Shown in pieces: positions 16,928 through 27,873 of a stretch of 64,000 nucleotides of DNA; the stretch's first letter is position 1; each line of letters starts with the position of its first letter. The translations under genes were made by a program, and so were the position numbers. The notes below the pieces were generated by a model. That model was given only the letters and a program-made list of their open reading frames with translations. It did no database searches and was not told the origin of the DNA. Source of the stretch: Clostridium sp. (lineage in GTDB: Bacteria > Bacillota > Clostridia > Lachnospirales > Lachnospiraceae); contig JAMPEW010000002.1 of NCBI GenBank assembly GCA_023664775.1, forward strand, positions 16,027 through 80,026, in the 5' to 3' direction.

Positions 16928-19900
16928 TCACTTTTCAGCTATATCATTTGCCTCCATTTTACGTATTCTATATATATCTGTATCTATATTCTCCTCATAG
17001 CTTTTTATAAAACCAGCCAATCTCATACTTTCTAAAATCTGCTTATTTTCTGGAGTTACAGCAATATTAGGTCTCCGCTTTAGTTCAAAAACCTTTGCAA
17101 ATTCACTATATGATAATAAAATCAAATACTCTTTACACTTTTCTGAAGATAATCTTTTCATAGCTGATAATAAGATTTCAAGTTTCATGTCCTTTCCAAT
17201 ATTATTAGATTGCATAATATCATCTAATAATCTTAAATCAATCTCATCAATCATGCTAATAACGGTAGTAGCATTGGCACATGCTAGCTTTACAATGATA
17301 TTTTTTCCTTTATCATTATATTCCTGATAATTTCCCAATACATACTGCAAATCATTACTATCATAATTATGTTCCATAATATAAGCAAACACTTCATCAC
17401 TTATCTTCTTCCCTCGTACAGAAACTTTTGTTCCTGTTGCATTTTGTAAAAGTAAAATCTTGTCTGAATCAGATATATGCCAGTCCAACATCTCATCTGC
17501 TTCATCTGGTGCAACCTTTTTTTCATCTACTAATTTAACATATGCAGACAAATTTTCTTTTATAAACATGCTAACCACTTCTGGATAATTGTCCCTCATA
17601 AATATCAAATTATCTTCATTCATCGGGATTATTTTTTCTTCAATAAGAATCTCAACTTTTGAATTTTTTAAGTTCTCCTCACTAAACGTATCACAACGGT
17701 ACTTAATAGTCTGCATTATTTCTCTATATTTTTCATCAAAAATTTCATTACACCGCAAACATGCTAGCCAAAACTTGTCCAAAGGCGTGCTTTCTGTAAT
17801 ATTGCCATCTAAAATTTCTGAACCATTAATAAAAGAAACCAGTATGGTATTGATAGCAGAAATATCTGAATAATATGTAACAATATTATCCAATGAATAT
17901 TTTGCCTTAGACTGCTCAATCAATTTTTCTCGCAAAACCATTTCCTCAATCTGGCTCAATATGGAAATTTTACCTTGCAATTTTTCAATATATTTTTTTC
18001 TTAATTCTATATCAATTTCTTGCAAATTAAGTATATAAATACTTATATCCTCATCGTCTGTAATTGGATACTCCTGCTCTAGCAGCTGGGCAATAACATC
18101 AGATATATTATTTCTCACATACTTGCATAATGATTGTGTCTTTTGTTTTTCTATAATTGATAAAATACTACCAATGTTTTCATCATTTATATTTATATGA
18201 TAATAACGAGATATAAACAAATGAATATTTTCTAAATCAAGTACATATAAGTTACCTTTATATACACGTTCTAATAACTCCGCATTACTAACGGATTCAT
18301 CTATAGATAAAAATTTTACTCCCAGTTTATCTATATTTTCAATAATTGAATCAACCTCTGGATTTTTTATATCCAAAAAATTCTTATTGCCTGAGATATA
18401 TTCTGTTAAACATCCAGCTATATTTATTATATCTAAATCATTAAATTCCAGTATACTGACTAGCTGAACAGAAAAATCATGTATTTGATTTTGGGATAAA
18501 ACATCCTCCCTTAACATACATTCAAAAAAGTTATTCCATCGCCTACATAACTCTATGAGAAATATATCTATCTCCTGTCCTCTATTTAAATATTCATACA
18601 GAAATTCAAAGCAATTACATGATTGCATTTGAAGCATAAATCCTTGCAAAAACAATTCCATATCAGTGTTTTTAAGAATTTCCTGAAATAATGCAAAATT
18701 TCTGGTTTCTTCCTGTGCAAAAGCAGTTACATTAAGATTTTGCAATACTAATTTTACATCATCTATTTTGTATTCATATCCCTTTGTCTTTCTGTCCGTA
18801 ATACTTCTCAAAAATAACTTATCATTTATTGTTAGACTATTTTCATAAAAAATCGAAATATAATCATTATATGTTTCATCAATATAACCATTCCAAAGCA
18901 AATACTTCAACAAAGCAAAATATTCATTTCCCTTCACATCTAAAAATTCAATATTCTTCCCTAATTCATCTGATGATGTAGTATGAAAAACTTTTTCAGC
19001 ATTTTCTCTCGTAATAATATCCTTTAATGATTTATGAATCAATTTTTCTTTTTCTATTTTTAAACTTTGAATTTCCCTCTCCAACTTGCCTTTTTCATTA
19101 TTGTCCCTATCCTCTATCGCTTGCTTTCTGTCTGCTTTTTCTTTTTGCAATTTTTTCAACTCATCATCTTTAGAGTAATAGTTCCTTAAATGTGAGAACT
19201 GAGGTTCATAAACAGTATCCAATTCCTTTTCATCTTTTAAATGCTCTTTTTCACAAAGAGAGATGCGTTGCAAATAGTCGTTTATAACATCTTCTATTTT
19301 TTCTTGCTCTTCAACAATAAATTCTTTTGTTTTATTGAAAAGAGTGTATACATATCCTCTATTTAATTGTAACTCAGCGAAATCACTAGGAAATATATTT
19401 TTATATGTTATTACCGCAAGCATTTTGTTTGGATTCAAGTCGATTTTATTCAATTTTTTGTAATAAATACAAAACTCATTATAAATATTTTTCAATATCC
19501 TTAAATCATCAATATATAAGGATAAATCTCTTAGAAAACCTTCGTCGAATAAATGATATAAGTGTCCTTCTTCTAAATATCCCTTGAATTTATTATACGC
19601 ATTTGAACTATCTATAACTGGTATAACAGGCATAATAAAATCGAAGAACTTTGTGCGATCCTTGTTAACAAATATATCATCTTTTAATAAATAGAAGAAT
19701 CGAATAACTTCATTTTTCTTTCTTAAACGAATATTTACCAGTTGGTTTATCTCTCTCAACCTTTCAAATATTGTACCAATTTCATACCGATCTATATCTT
19801 CAAATACAATCACATCTGCATCTGCTTTTTCGAACAGATATAACACCTCATTCAAATATTTATCAAAATAAGAATCATTTTCATCAGAAAAAATTTCTAT

Positions 19901-20554
19901 TTCATTTCCCTGAACGCTAAACTTTCTAAATATTCCTTTATTTCTCTGAATCTTAATAATACTATATATTATGACTGATAAAATAACTACACTTACCCCC
20001 AAAAATACAAGTCGCAAATAAGGTCCAAACATAAATTTCAACACAGAGGAAAAAACTGATTGTGGTAATAATCCAATCCATCCCACAATATTCTGAAAAT
20101 AAACAACACCTATCAAAGACAAAATAAACACAACAGATAATGCCGTAAATAGAATATTATACTTATTGCTCACTTCCCTTTTAACATGAAAATTTGTCTG
20201 CGGTATATTGGCAACATCTATCTGCTGTATCAACTGATTAAGGATTTTCCCTTCTAAAATAGTTTCTATATCCTTTTGGGCTTCACTCTCCTTTTTAGCC
20301 TCAAGCATATCGTCAGACAAATTCACATTATGATTCTTTCTAAAATGTGCCAGCGATATATGAATAAACTTCTTATCTGTATACTTCTTCTTATAAGTTT
20401 CCAACACACTGCTCTTTCCGGCACTATACGGTCCAGAAATTGCAACATTCTTTATATCATCATTTTCAAAAATGTATTGAAATGCATTTTCATATATGGA
20501 CAAATCCACATCATCCGTTGGCGTAAGTTTTTGAAACGAAATTCCATTTTCCAT
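16928..20554 (-). CDS. KAP/YobI-family P-loop NTPase with membrane insertion
   Basis: Walker A AISGPYSAGKSSVLETY. Two to four TM helices are inserted after the P-loop (LFTALSVVFILSLIGVVYF...VFLGVSVVILSVIIYSII). Walker B-like VIVFEDIDR. Start moved to 20554 (AGGAGG 8 nt upstream). Confidence 0.65.
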   Translation of the reverse strand: MENGISFQKLTPTDDVDLSIYENAFQYIFENDDIKNVAISGPYSAGKSSVLETYKKKYTDKKFIHISLAHFRKNHNVNLSDDMLEAKKESEAQKDIETILEGKILNQLIQQIDVANIPQTNFHVKREVSNKYNILFTALSVVFILSLIGVVYFQNIVGWIGLLPQSVFSSVLKFMFGPYLRLVFLGVSVVILSVIIYSIIKIQRNKGIFRKFSVQGNEIEIFSDENDSYFDKYLNEVLYLFEKADADVIVFEDIDRYEIGTIFERLREINQLVNIRLRKKNEVIRFFYLLKDDIFVNKDRTKFFDFIMPVIPVIDSSNAYNKFKGYLEEGHLYHLFDEGFLRDLSLYIDDLRILKNIYNEFCIYYKKLNKIDLNPNKMLAVITYKNIFPSDFAELQLNRGYVYTLFNKTKEFIVEEQEKIEDVINDYLQRISLCEKEHLKDEKELDTVYEPQFSHLRNYYSKDDELKKLQKEKADRKQAIEDRDNNEKGKLEREIQSLKIEKEKLIHKSLKDIITRENAEKVFHTTSSDELGKNIEFLDVKGNEYFALLKYLLWNGYIDETYNDYISIFYENSLTINDKLFLRSITDRKTKGYEYKIDDVKLVLQNLNVTAFAQEETRNFALFQEILKNTDMELFLQGFMLQMQSCNCFEFLYEYLNRGQEIDIFLIELCRRWNNFFECMLREDVLSQNQIHDFSVQLVSILEFNDLDIINIAGCLTEYISGNKNFLDIKNPEVDSIIENIDKLGVKFLSIDESVSNAELLERVYKGNLYVLDLENIHLFISRYYHININDENIGSILSIIEKQKTQSLCKYVRNNISDVIAQLLEQEYPITDDEDISIYILNLQEIDIELRKKYIEKLQGKISILSQIEEMVLREKLIEQSKAKYSLDNIVTYYSDISAINTILVSFINGSEILDGNITESTPLDKFWLACLRCNEIFDEKYREIMQTIKYRCDTFSEENLKNSKVEILIEEKIIPMNEDNLIFMRDNYPEVVSMFIKENLSAYVKLVDEKKVAPDEADEMLDWHISDSDKILLLQNATGTKVSVRGKKISDEVFAYIMEHNYDSNDLQYVLGNYQEYNDKGKNIIVKLACANATTVISMIDEIDLRLLDDIMQSNNIGKDMKLEILLSAMKRLSSEKCKEYLILLSYSEFAKVFELKRRPNIAVTPENKQILESMRLAGFIKSYEENIDTDIYRIRKMEANDIAEK

Positions 20555-21242
20555 TTCTGTCTCCTCCTCATGATGAATCAATATAGTTAATATTATAACA
20601 CGAAATTTATACAAATCTACAAAAAACAACAGGCACATACTCCTTAGTATGCACCTGCCATGTACCATATACATTAAACGCTCCTCTTATTCTTTTTTCA
20701 AGTAAGAAATAACAAATTATATTTTCATTTGATTTTCCATTTTATTGATAACATATTCTATATTTTCTCTCTCAACTATTACAATCGGTTTTTTATTCGC
20801 AAAATTAATATCCACTGAATAAATATTTACTTAGACATCATAACCCTCTGATGTGAATTTTCTACTCTGATTCATTCTTTTTCAAGACTTTTTCGGACAT
20901 CTCCACTATATTTTGAACTCTTAATATCTTCTGTCAAGTAGGGACTAAAAAAATATTTTTTATATACTACATTCTTCAGTTTCTAATGTCTAATGCTTAT
21001 TTTCTCTTCATTTACATGCTTTAATGGCATAATTTATTCATTACATGAATTTTAATATATCTAACATAAAGCAGCGACTTTGCCTAATGCCCAAAACCAC
21101 TGCTAAAAATCTTTGTCTTATTTTTGAAATAGTCTTCTTTAAATTATTGATTTTACGGTAATCAACATTTCACAATCTAACAATGAATATATATTTCTCG
21201 TCCAACATACAAAATTCCCATTACCAAAATCCAACAAAAACT

Positions 21243-23030
21243 TTATAGAATTTCAATTCCCAATATCGTAAGTAAACAACTAATTTTTGAATTCTTAATC
21301 TCTCCACTAGAATTATACCGTTTTTTGGATGCTGAAAAGAAAACATCTTTTTGAGCCCTTGTAACAGCCACATAAAACACACTTAATTCTTCCAATACCT
21401 CCTTCTCAACATGATTTTCAACTTGTATACGACAATAGTCCCCAGCATTAATCCTACCTGTTCTAAAATCACAATTTCCACACAAACTCCCAAAATTAGG
21501 AAATAAATAAGGTTCCATATCTGGAAGTATCACATAATCCCATTCTAATCCTTTTGAGCCATGTACCGTAGATACAAATACTCTGCTGTTTACATAATCC
21601 ATACTTTGCTTTAATGCTCTATTTTCAAACGTATCATTAATATATGCAATCTTCTCTTCATTTTCTAAAAAAAGATACTCCGTTAAAAGTTTATTAAAAA
21701 AAGCCTCTGTCAAAATTAGCAAAGATTGAATTACTTTACTTGATGAATCCTTATAATTTTGGCGTAACGCTGCACAAACTTTACTTAAGAGTGACTTATT
21801 TACTCGTTTTGATCTGGATTGTTCCAAAACAGTAAAAAGAATTTTCAACGCTTTCTGGTGAAATTGTATATATTCCAAATCATCATCCGAAAAAAGTCCA
21901 TAAAAGTAATCAATCAAATCATTTTCCAGCTGTTTCATAATGATTTCAGCATTCGGATTCCTCTGCTGAATTAAAATTGCAACCTTATCTTCTTTTGATT
22001 CCAAAAGCCTTCGTACCAACTTAGAAGTATTTATAGCCTCTTGCTCTTGAGTATCATGCAAGGTCAATTTAACTTTCGCATTTTCTTTAATAAATGGTTC
22101 TAAATAATTTTCTGCATTACGCCTAATATTTTTATCTAGCAAAAGCATATTTTGATTATTTCTAAATCGATAATTTTTATCTAGTTGAATTTTTGTCATG
22201 GAAAATTCAGTTTTAGCAATTTCCAACAAATTCGGAATAGCCCCAATAAATCCATATATCCTTTGCAAAGGATCGCCCATAAAAAAGAGTTTAGTATTTT
22301 GACTAATTAATAGTTTTATTAATTTCCAGCTCAAATAATTTGTATCTTGAAATTCATCAATCATAATGTAGGGATATAGTAATTGATAAAAAGCTCTTAA
22401 CTTTTGCTCATCTTCTAATAATTTTATACATAAAACCAAATATCCGTTATACGTTATACAAGATTTAGGAATAAATTTACCTATTATAACTTCATAATAT
22501 CTTTGGAATAAGGTTTCAATCTTTTCACTGTTACATTTTTTTACAGCTTCAGAAAAAAAGTGAAGCAATGCTTGTTCCTCATCATTTAACTCAATTCCCG
22601 CCGCTTCTATTTCTCCTATATTTTCTTCATTATATGCAACGAACATATTTACATCTGATATACTGCTATAAAGCAAATATCCATATAATCTCAACACTCT
22701 CCTTGCAAACCCATGATAATTTGTAATTGATATCTTAGAATTCAAAGTTGCTGGAGAACATATATCATCAATTCCCATTTGTGGCAATTTCTCAGAAATA
22801 TCTTTTTTCATCTTATATGCAGCATTTACACTAAATGTAAGAGCTAATATTTTTTTATTTGCAGGAACTATTTCTGAAGCCAATACATAAGCAACTTTAC
22901 TTACCATAGTTTTTGTCTTTCCGCATCCCGCTGGAGCCTCTAGCAAAATTCTATGATAATCACTAACGACTGCATCCATTTGTGCCTGATCTCCTTCATG
23001 TTCTAATTGAATTAATGATTTTATCTCCAC
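21243..23030 (-). CDS. gajB: Gabija GajB, UvrD-like helicase
   Basis: LEAPAGCGKTKTM (Walker A), IMIDEFQDTN, STVHGSKGLEWDYVILPD. Sits 6 nt downstream of gajA. Confidence 0.8.
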   Translation of the reverse strand: MEIKSLIQLEHEGDQAQMDAVVSDYHRILLEAPAGCGKTKTMVSKVAYVLASEIVPANKKILALTFSVNAAYKMKKDISEKLPQMGIDDICSPATLNSKISITNYHGFARRVLRLYGYLLYSSISDVNMFVAYNEENIGEIEAAGIELNDEEQALLHFFSEAVKKCNSEKIETLFQRYYEVIIGKFIPKSCITYNGYLVLCIKLLEDEQKLRAFYQLLYPYIMIDEFQDTNYLSWKLIKLLISQNTKLFFMGDPLQRIYGFIGAIPNLLEIAKTEFSMTKIQLDKNYRFRNNQNMLLLDKNIRRNAENYLEPFIKENAKVKLTLHDTQEQEAINTSKLVRRLLESKEDKVAILIQQRNPNAEIIMKQLENDLIDYFYGLFSDDDLEYIQFHQKALKILFTVLEQSRSKRVNKSLLSKVCAALRQNYKDSSSKVIQSLLILTEAFFNKLLTEYLFLENEEKIAYINDTFENRALKQSMDYVNSRVFVSTVHGSKGLEWDYVILPDMEPYLFPNFGSLCGNCDFRTGRINAGDYCRIQVENHVEKEVLEELSVFYVAVTRAQKDVFFSASKKRYNSSGEIKNSKISCLLTILGIEIL

Positions 23031-23036
23031 TTCTAT

Positions 23037-24734
23037 TTATCCAATCCTTTCTTTTATTTTACGTATCGCTCGAACATAACAAGGTGGAATCGTTGTCTTA
23101 TCCAAGCACTCTCCAATGGTTTTACCTAACAATATTCCTTTATTCACGGAAAACCAAGTAATATAAATGACTGGATACATTTTGTCATCGGATGTAAGTT
23201 CTGAAAACTTATAAGACCTATCGACACTAATTTTCTTAATATGGAATTTTTCTATCGCCTTATTCAGAGTTTTCTCCTGCATGCTTCTTTCCAGACCCCT
23301 ACTATCATATTCTATAAGTATATTTTCCAATATGTCCGTTCTGTTCTTTTTTATTAAACGATATACAATTTCACTATCAAAACATAATTGGCTTGTAAAA
23401 ATCAAGTTGTCTCTAACTGGAATATTCTTTTCTAGCTTTTTGTCCTTGTCCATAACTCCTATATTTGCAATTTTTAATTTATCAAAAAGCTCCATCAACG
23501 GAATTATTGATTCCGCACCACAAGCCTTAATTAAAGCAATCCCTTCCCGATCAAAGTCTATTCCTAACCTCTCTCCAAATAATTTAAAAGAACCATATTC
23601 TGATTCACCTTCGACAATAATAACACCCCTTGCAAAAATGGCTTCCTTCAAGTATTCAAATTGCATTAACAAATGTTTTCTATCTCTTGAATCCAAAGCA
23701 AGTTTCTTCGTATTAACAACATTTGTATTTCCTTGCTCTGAATACATTCGGATAAGTTTTTTATAATCATCTGAAATAATATTAGGAGAATGTGTAGCAA
23801 TAAGTATCTGACCGCTAAACTCATCTATTCCAAACAGCTGACTAATAATAGAATTAAATTCTTCATCCTGGCCTGATGCAATTTTTAGAATATCCTTCAT
23901 TAATGTTCTCTGTAAGTAAGGATGTAGGTGAATTTCGGGTTCATCGAATATCAATAAAGTTTGTAACTTCCTATCATGGTCTTTTATTTTTTTAGCATAA
24001 CTAATAATTTTTTCAAGAATTGATAAAACAATCAGCATATTATATTGAGCGCCATAACCGATTTCTGACACATTAACATTATTTTCATCTTTTAATACCA
24101 TTATCCTTGTTAACATCTCTTGATTATTCTGTTCGACCAATGGTTGAATACTAAATCTATTAAATGCTTCAATATTCTTCAAAATTGAATCCACATATTT
24201 TTCAAGCCTTTTTATAGCACCTTTATTCAAATAGGCGGTTCCCTCTTCCTGATTTTCAATATACTTTTTTACAATATAATTTAAAAAGGTTCCTGCTCCC
24301 TTTGTTTTGGAAAAATCCAATTCATTTTTCGGATTTCTTAATGAATCATAATTAATCAACAACAATCTTCTTATATCAGCAGGCAAAACAGACTCACCAG
24401 TTTCATAATGACTATATTTCAGATACTCATCTGGACTTTCTTGTTTTATTTTTATATTTATATAGTCTGTATTTGATGGATCAGTCAAGTCATCAAATAT
24501 GCCTTTCTCTATATCACTGAGTTTCAATCTTATAACTATTTCTATTGCTTTCATTAAATCTTGAAAATCATTTGCTTCAAAACTTTTTCCAGCAAATATC
24601 CGATTTATAGCATATAACAAATTAGTTTTCCCAATATTATTTTCTCCTACTATATAATTTAAATCATCCGAAAATGTAATCTTAACATCATTCAAATTTC
24701 TATAATTCAGTAATTTAATTCCTCGTAATTTCAC
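23037..24734 (-). CDS. gajA: Gabija GajA, OLD-family ATPase-Toprim endonuclease
   Basis: MKLRGIKLLNYRNL...VGENNIGKTNLLYAI (ABC-type ATPase N-terminus), LLIFDEPEIHLHP, IATHSPNII, Toprim GVIIVEGESEYGSF. Confidence 0.8.
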   Translation of the reverse strand: MKLRGIKLLNYRNLNDVKITFSDDLNYIVGENNIGKTNLLYAINRIFAGKSFEANDFQDLMKAIEIVIRLKLSDIEKGIFDDLTDPSNTDYINIKIKQESPDEYLKYSHYETGESVLPADIRRLLLINYDSLRNPKNELDFSKTKGAGTFLNYIVKKYIENQEEGTAYLNKGAIKRLEKYVDSILKNIEAFNRFSIQPLVEQNNQEMLTRIMVLKDENNVNVSEIGYGAQYNMLIVLSILEKIISYAKKIKDHDRKLQTLLIFDEPEIHLHPYLQRTLMKDILKIASGQDEEFNSIISQLFGIDEFSGQILIATHSPNIISDDYKKLIRMYSEQGNTNVVNTKKLALDSRDRKHLLMQFEYLKEAIFARGVIIVEGESEYGSFKLFGERLGIDFDREGIALIKACGAESIIPLMELFDKLKIANIGVMDKDKKLEKNIPVRDNLIFTSQLCFDSEIVYRLIKKNRTDILENILIEYDSRGLERSMQEKTLNKAIEKFHIKKISVDRSYKFSELTSDDKMYPVIYITWFSVNKGILLGKTIGECLDKTTIPPCYVRAIRKIKERIG

Positions 24735-24985
24735 AACTTATCCTCCTAAACTTTTCTCAAATAGCATAAAAGCATATGTTCTCTTATGCTATTACCGTAA
24801 TATTGTTATTTATTATATCACATGCTATTCTTACATTCCAGATACATTATAGTGAGACAACTACTAAGTCAATATGTTTTTCAGGCAGACTACTTTCTTT
24901 ACTGTCCCAGAGTTTCTTATTGTTTTCTCATATTTAATGTATACCTTAGTTATTATATTTTATCCTCTATGTTTCATTTAAAAAA

Positions 24986-25014
24986 ATATGCACATTGCAT
25001 ATGTGCATATTTTT
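24986..25014 (-). terminator. Bidirectional rho-independent terminator between the SET gene and gajA
   Basis: Perfect 10-bp stem atatgcacat / atgtgcatat with a 5-nt loop, flanked by an A-run and a T-run. Confidence 0.8.
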
Positions 25015-25043
25015 AAAATAATACCATCTATTTGTTCTGGAAT

Positions 25044-25535
25044 TTAGCCTTCTTTAATTTTATCTTTCAAATACTGTGCAAAATATGGATAATATTTTGC
25101 TTGTAAACTTGGTATTTTCCAGTCTCGTCCTGTAATAATATGCCTACAACAAGTGCTTCCACAATGACATTCAAAGGAATAATCCTCATTATCTATAAAT
25201 GCATAATCTATAGTAAGCTCTTCTCCAACTTTAATATCCTTTATTGCAATAAATGTAATCTCGCCATGCACTCCACAATTTGGTTCACAAGAGTGATTAT
25301 TATATAATTTCACATCAGTCTCTTCATCATGAGAAATTGCTCCTACAAAATAATCATCTGAAATAGGTAAATAACTATTAATAGTTGAAGACGAGAATAA
25401 TTCTTTTCGAGTTAAAATATGCCCGCCTTTAATATATACTATTTCTCCTTTTCTGATATATTCTTTAGCAAACATCCCCATTTTATTAATATCACTTTTA
25501 CAGACTTCGACTTTACTGCTTATAATAGATTTCAT
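25044..25535 (-). CDS. SET-domain methyltransferase
   Basis: YNNHSCEPNC, GEELTIDY, and a post-SET-like CHCGSTCCR. Confidence 0.8.
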   Translation of the reverse strand: MKSIISSKVEVCKSDINKMGMFAKEYIRKGEIVYIKGGHILTRKELFSSSTINSYLPISDDYFVGAISHDEETDVKLYNNHSCEPNCGVHGEITFIAIKDIKVGEELTIDYAFIDNEDYSFECHCGSTCCRHIITGRDWKIPSLQAKYYPYFAQYLKDKIKEG

Positions 25536-26599
25536 ATACTTTCCTCCAATAATGGAATTTCATGTAACAAGCAATGGATGCCACCACCCCCTAACAAAGG
25601 TTCTCGACTATAAATTTGAATGATGTCTCTGTCCCTAAAAATACTTTCGAACAAGTGCTTAACAGTTTCATCCGTTTCGCAATTAAATGCTGGAATTAGT
25701 ACAGCACCATTAATCATATAAAAATTCAAATACGATGCTGGTAAAATATCTCCAGCATTTCTTGATAACGCATCTGGATTAAATATTAATCCTTTTACCT
25801 CTACTTCATCCATATATTGGGTGGGTGGTAATGGAATAAAGTGAATACTGTACTTTTCATTATTTAAATTAGTAATATTTGATATGACATTATATGCTTT
25901 CCTTACACGATAATAATTGGGGTTTGTTCTATCCTCAGTCCATGCCAAACAAATTTCTTTATGATTTGCAAAAGATAATATATTATCTATATGCCCATTT
26001 GTTTCATCAGAAAATAGTCCCTGTTCTATCCAAACCATTCTTTGATCATGAGTTGCATTTAAAATAGTTTCTTCAACATACTCTCTTTTTTTAAAAGGAT
26101 TACGATTTCTATTAAGTAAAACACTTTTTGTTGCAAAAATCGTTCCCAATCCATCAGAAATGATTCCACCACCCTCAAGAACAAGATTTACTCTATTACA
26201 TGGTATATGAAAATAATCTGAAACTATAGATGCAAAGCCATCATCTGCATTCCAAGGATAATATGCCCCTTCTTTCCTTCCACCCCACGCATTAAATTTC
26301 CAATCTATAGTTTCTATATTACCGTCACAACGTATGAATGAAGGTCCAATATCCCTTGCCCAAATATCATCATATTCTGAAAAAACAACATTAACACCAT
26401 TAGGAAAAATCCCTGTTTGACTTGCAAAATTCTTAGGGCAAAACAGAAATACTGGTTCATATCTTGATATTATTGAAACCAAATCAAGAATATAACGTTG
26501 CATATGAACAGCATTATCTCTCCATATATCACTTCTAAAGGGAAACATTGCTATTGTACCATAATGCTTTTCAAATTCTCCAATTAATCCATTACTCAT
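25532..26599 (-). CDS. Agmatine deiminase / PAD_porph-family guanidino-group modifying enzyme
   Basis: FPFRSDIWRDN, DIWARDIGP, and a C-terminal GGGGIHCLLHEIP (catalytic Cys motif). 4-nt overlap with the SET gene. Confidence 0.75.
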   Translation of the reverse strand: MSNGLIGEFEKHYGTIAMFPFRSDIWRDNAVHMQRYILDLVSIISRYEPVFLFCPKNFASQTGIFPNGVNVVFSEYDDIWARDIGPSFIRCDGNIETIDWKFNAWGGRKEGAYYPWNADDGFASIVSDYFHIPCNRVNLVLEGGGIISDGLGTIFATKSVLLNRNRNPFKKREYVEETILNATHDQRMVWIEQGLFSDETNGHIDNILSFANHKEICLAWTEDRTNPNYYRVRKAYNVISNITNLNNEKYSIHFIPLPPTQYMDEVEVKGLIFNPDALSRNAGDILPASYLNFYMINGAVLIPAFNCETDETVKHLFESIFRDRDIIQIYSREPLLGGGGIHCLLHEIPLLEESI

Positions 26600-26619
26600 T
26601 TTGATTTTTCAATAACCTT

Positions 26620-27462
26620 TCATCTATTTAATTTCTTCATTTGAAGTTCGATTGCCTCTTCTGGATGATACCCTTCAAATACTCTTCCAGATTCAACATA
26701 CATATCAAAAGCAACTCCATTATACCCCCCATGAACCGGTACTATGCCGCCAGATATAAAACTTGCCTTATCAGAGATCAAAAAACTTACAACATTTGCA
26801 ATTTCAAATGTTTCAGCAAATCTTCCAAGCGGACACAACTGAGAGCCTGTACTCCTAGAGATAAATGGAACCATTTCTGATGAAATTGAATCAGTTTCAT
26901 CATAAGATTTAACCCAGCCTGGACATACTGCCGTTACACGTATCTTTTTATCATCATACCCCAAATTAATCGCCAAGCTATCAGTTAGATTTATAAGTGC
27001 CGCCTTGCTTGCAGCATACGCCATACTTGAAAACGAACCTTTCAAACCATCTGTGCTAACGATATTGATAATAACTGCTTTTGTATTCATCTGAGATTTT
27101 AATCCAGTACTAAGCATTAGTGGTGCTGTAACATTTACAGCAAAAACACGATCCCATGTTTCGAAATCATAATTATCAATATCTTCATCCCCACTAAACG
27201 CACCAGCATTATTAACTAAAGCATCTAACCTTATTTCTGAATCTTTAAAAAAACTGATTAGGGATTTTAGTGAACTACGATTCGAAATATCACATTGGAT
27301 AAACGAAATATTATTAGGATGTTTTTCATAATATTCTTTTGCCGTTGAATCTTTGCTATGATATAAAGCATAAACATAGAATCCGTCAGTAATCAACTGT
27401 CTCGCAATGGCAAAACCAATCCCTGTAGTCCATGAAACACCAGTAACTAATGCCTTTTTCAT
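26620..27462 (-). CDS. Short-chain dehydrogenase/reductase (SDR)
   Basis: KKALVTGVSWTTGIGFAIA (Rossmann motif), NNAG, YAASKAAL (YxxxK). Confidence 0.8.
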   Translation of the reverse strand: MKKALVTGVSWTTGIGFAIARQLITDGFYVYALYHSKDSTAKEYYEKHPNNISFIQCDISNRSSLKSLISFFKDSEIRLDALVNNAGAFSGDEDIDNYDFETWDRVFAVNVTAPLMLSTGLKSQMNTKAVIINIVSTDGLKGSFSSMAYAASKAALINLTDSLAINLGYDDKKIRVTAVCPGWVKSYDETDSISSEMVPFISRSTGSQLCPLGRFAETFEIANVVSFLISDKASFISGGIVPVHGGYNGVAFDMYVESGRVFEGYHPEEAIELQMKKLNR

Positions 27463-27480
27463 TTTTTACCTCCTAATTAT

Positions 27481-27873
27481 TTAATTAATTATATAATTTA
27501 ATACCAACAAAATTATTCCAAAAATAAACACCACTATCTGTACTATATAAATTAAAGTCCATTTAACATACGCATTTTTCGTTGCCTCTAAAACAATTTC
27601 TCTTTTTTTACCATAGTCAATTACATGTTTTTCAATAATATAATTTTGAAACTTGCTCAACTTTGCTGCAAAATACATACATAAAGCACCTGTCAACAAA
27701 AATATTAATGTTGAGAGATATAAATGCCAATGAGCATATATATCAGCCTTTTCAAAGCATAGACTTGTAAAAATATTCACTGATAATGCAACAAAAATAC
27801 CACTTATAAATGTATACACATTATTATTAACTAGCATTAATGGTACACATACTTTTAAATACAAAATTTTCAT
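27481..27873 (-). CDS. Small integral membrane protein (3-4 TM helices), unknown function
   Basis: Hydrophobic helices throughout. 4-nt overlap with the upstream PAS gene. Confidence 0.55.
   Translation of the reverse strand: MKILYLKVCVPLMLVNNNVYTFISGIFVALSVNIFTSLCFEKADIYAHWHLYLSTLIFLLTGALCMYFAAKLSKFQNYIIEKHVIDYGKKREIVLEATKNAYVKWTLIYIVQIVVFIFGIILLVLNYIIN

Noticed and set aside
20555-20674. 40-codon N-terminal extension of the KAP NTPase ORF
   Set aside because: There is no RBS at the upstream start. A strong AGGAGG sits 8 nt before the ATG at 20554, and the extension is hydrophobic junk.
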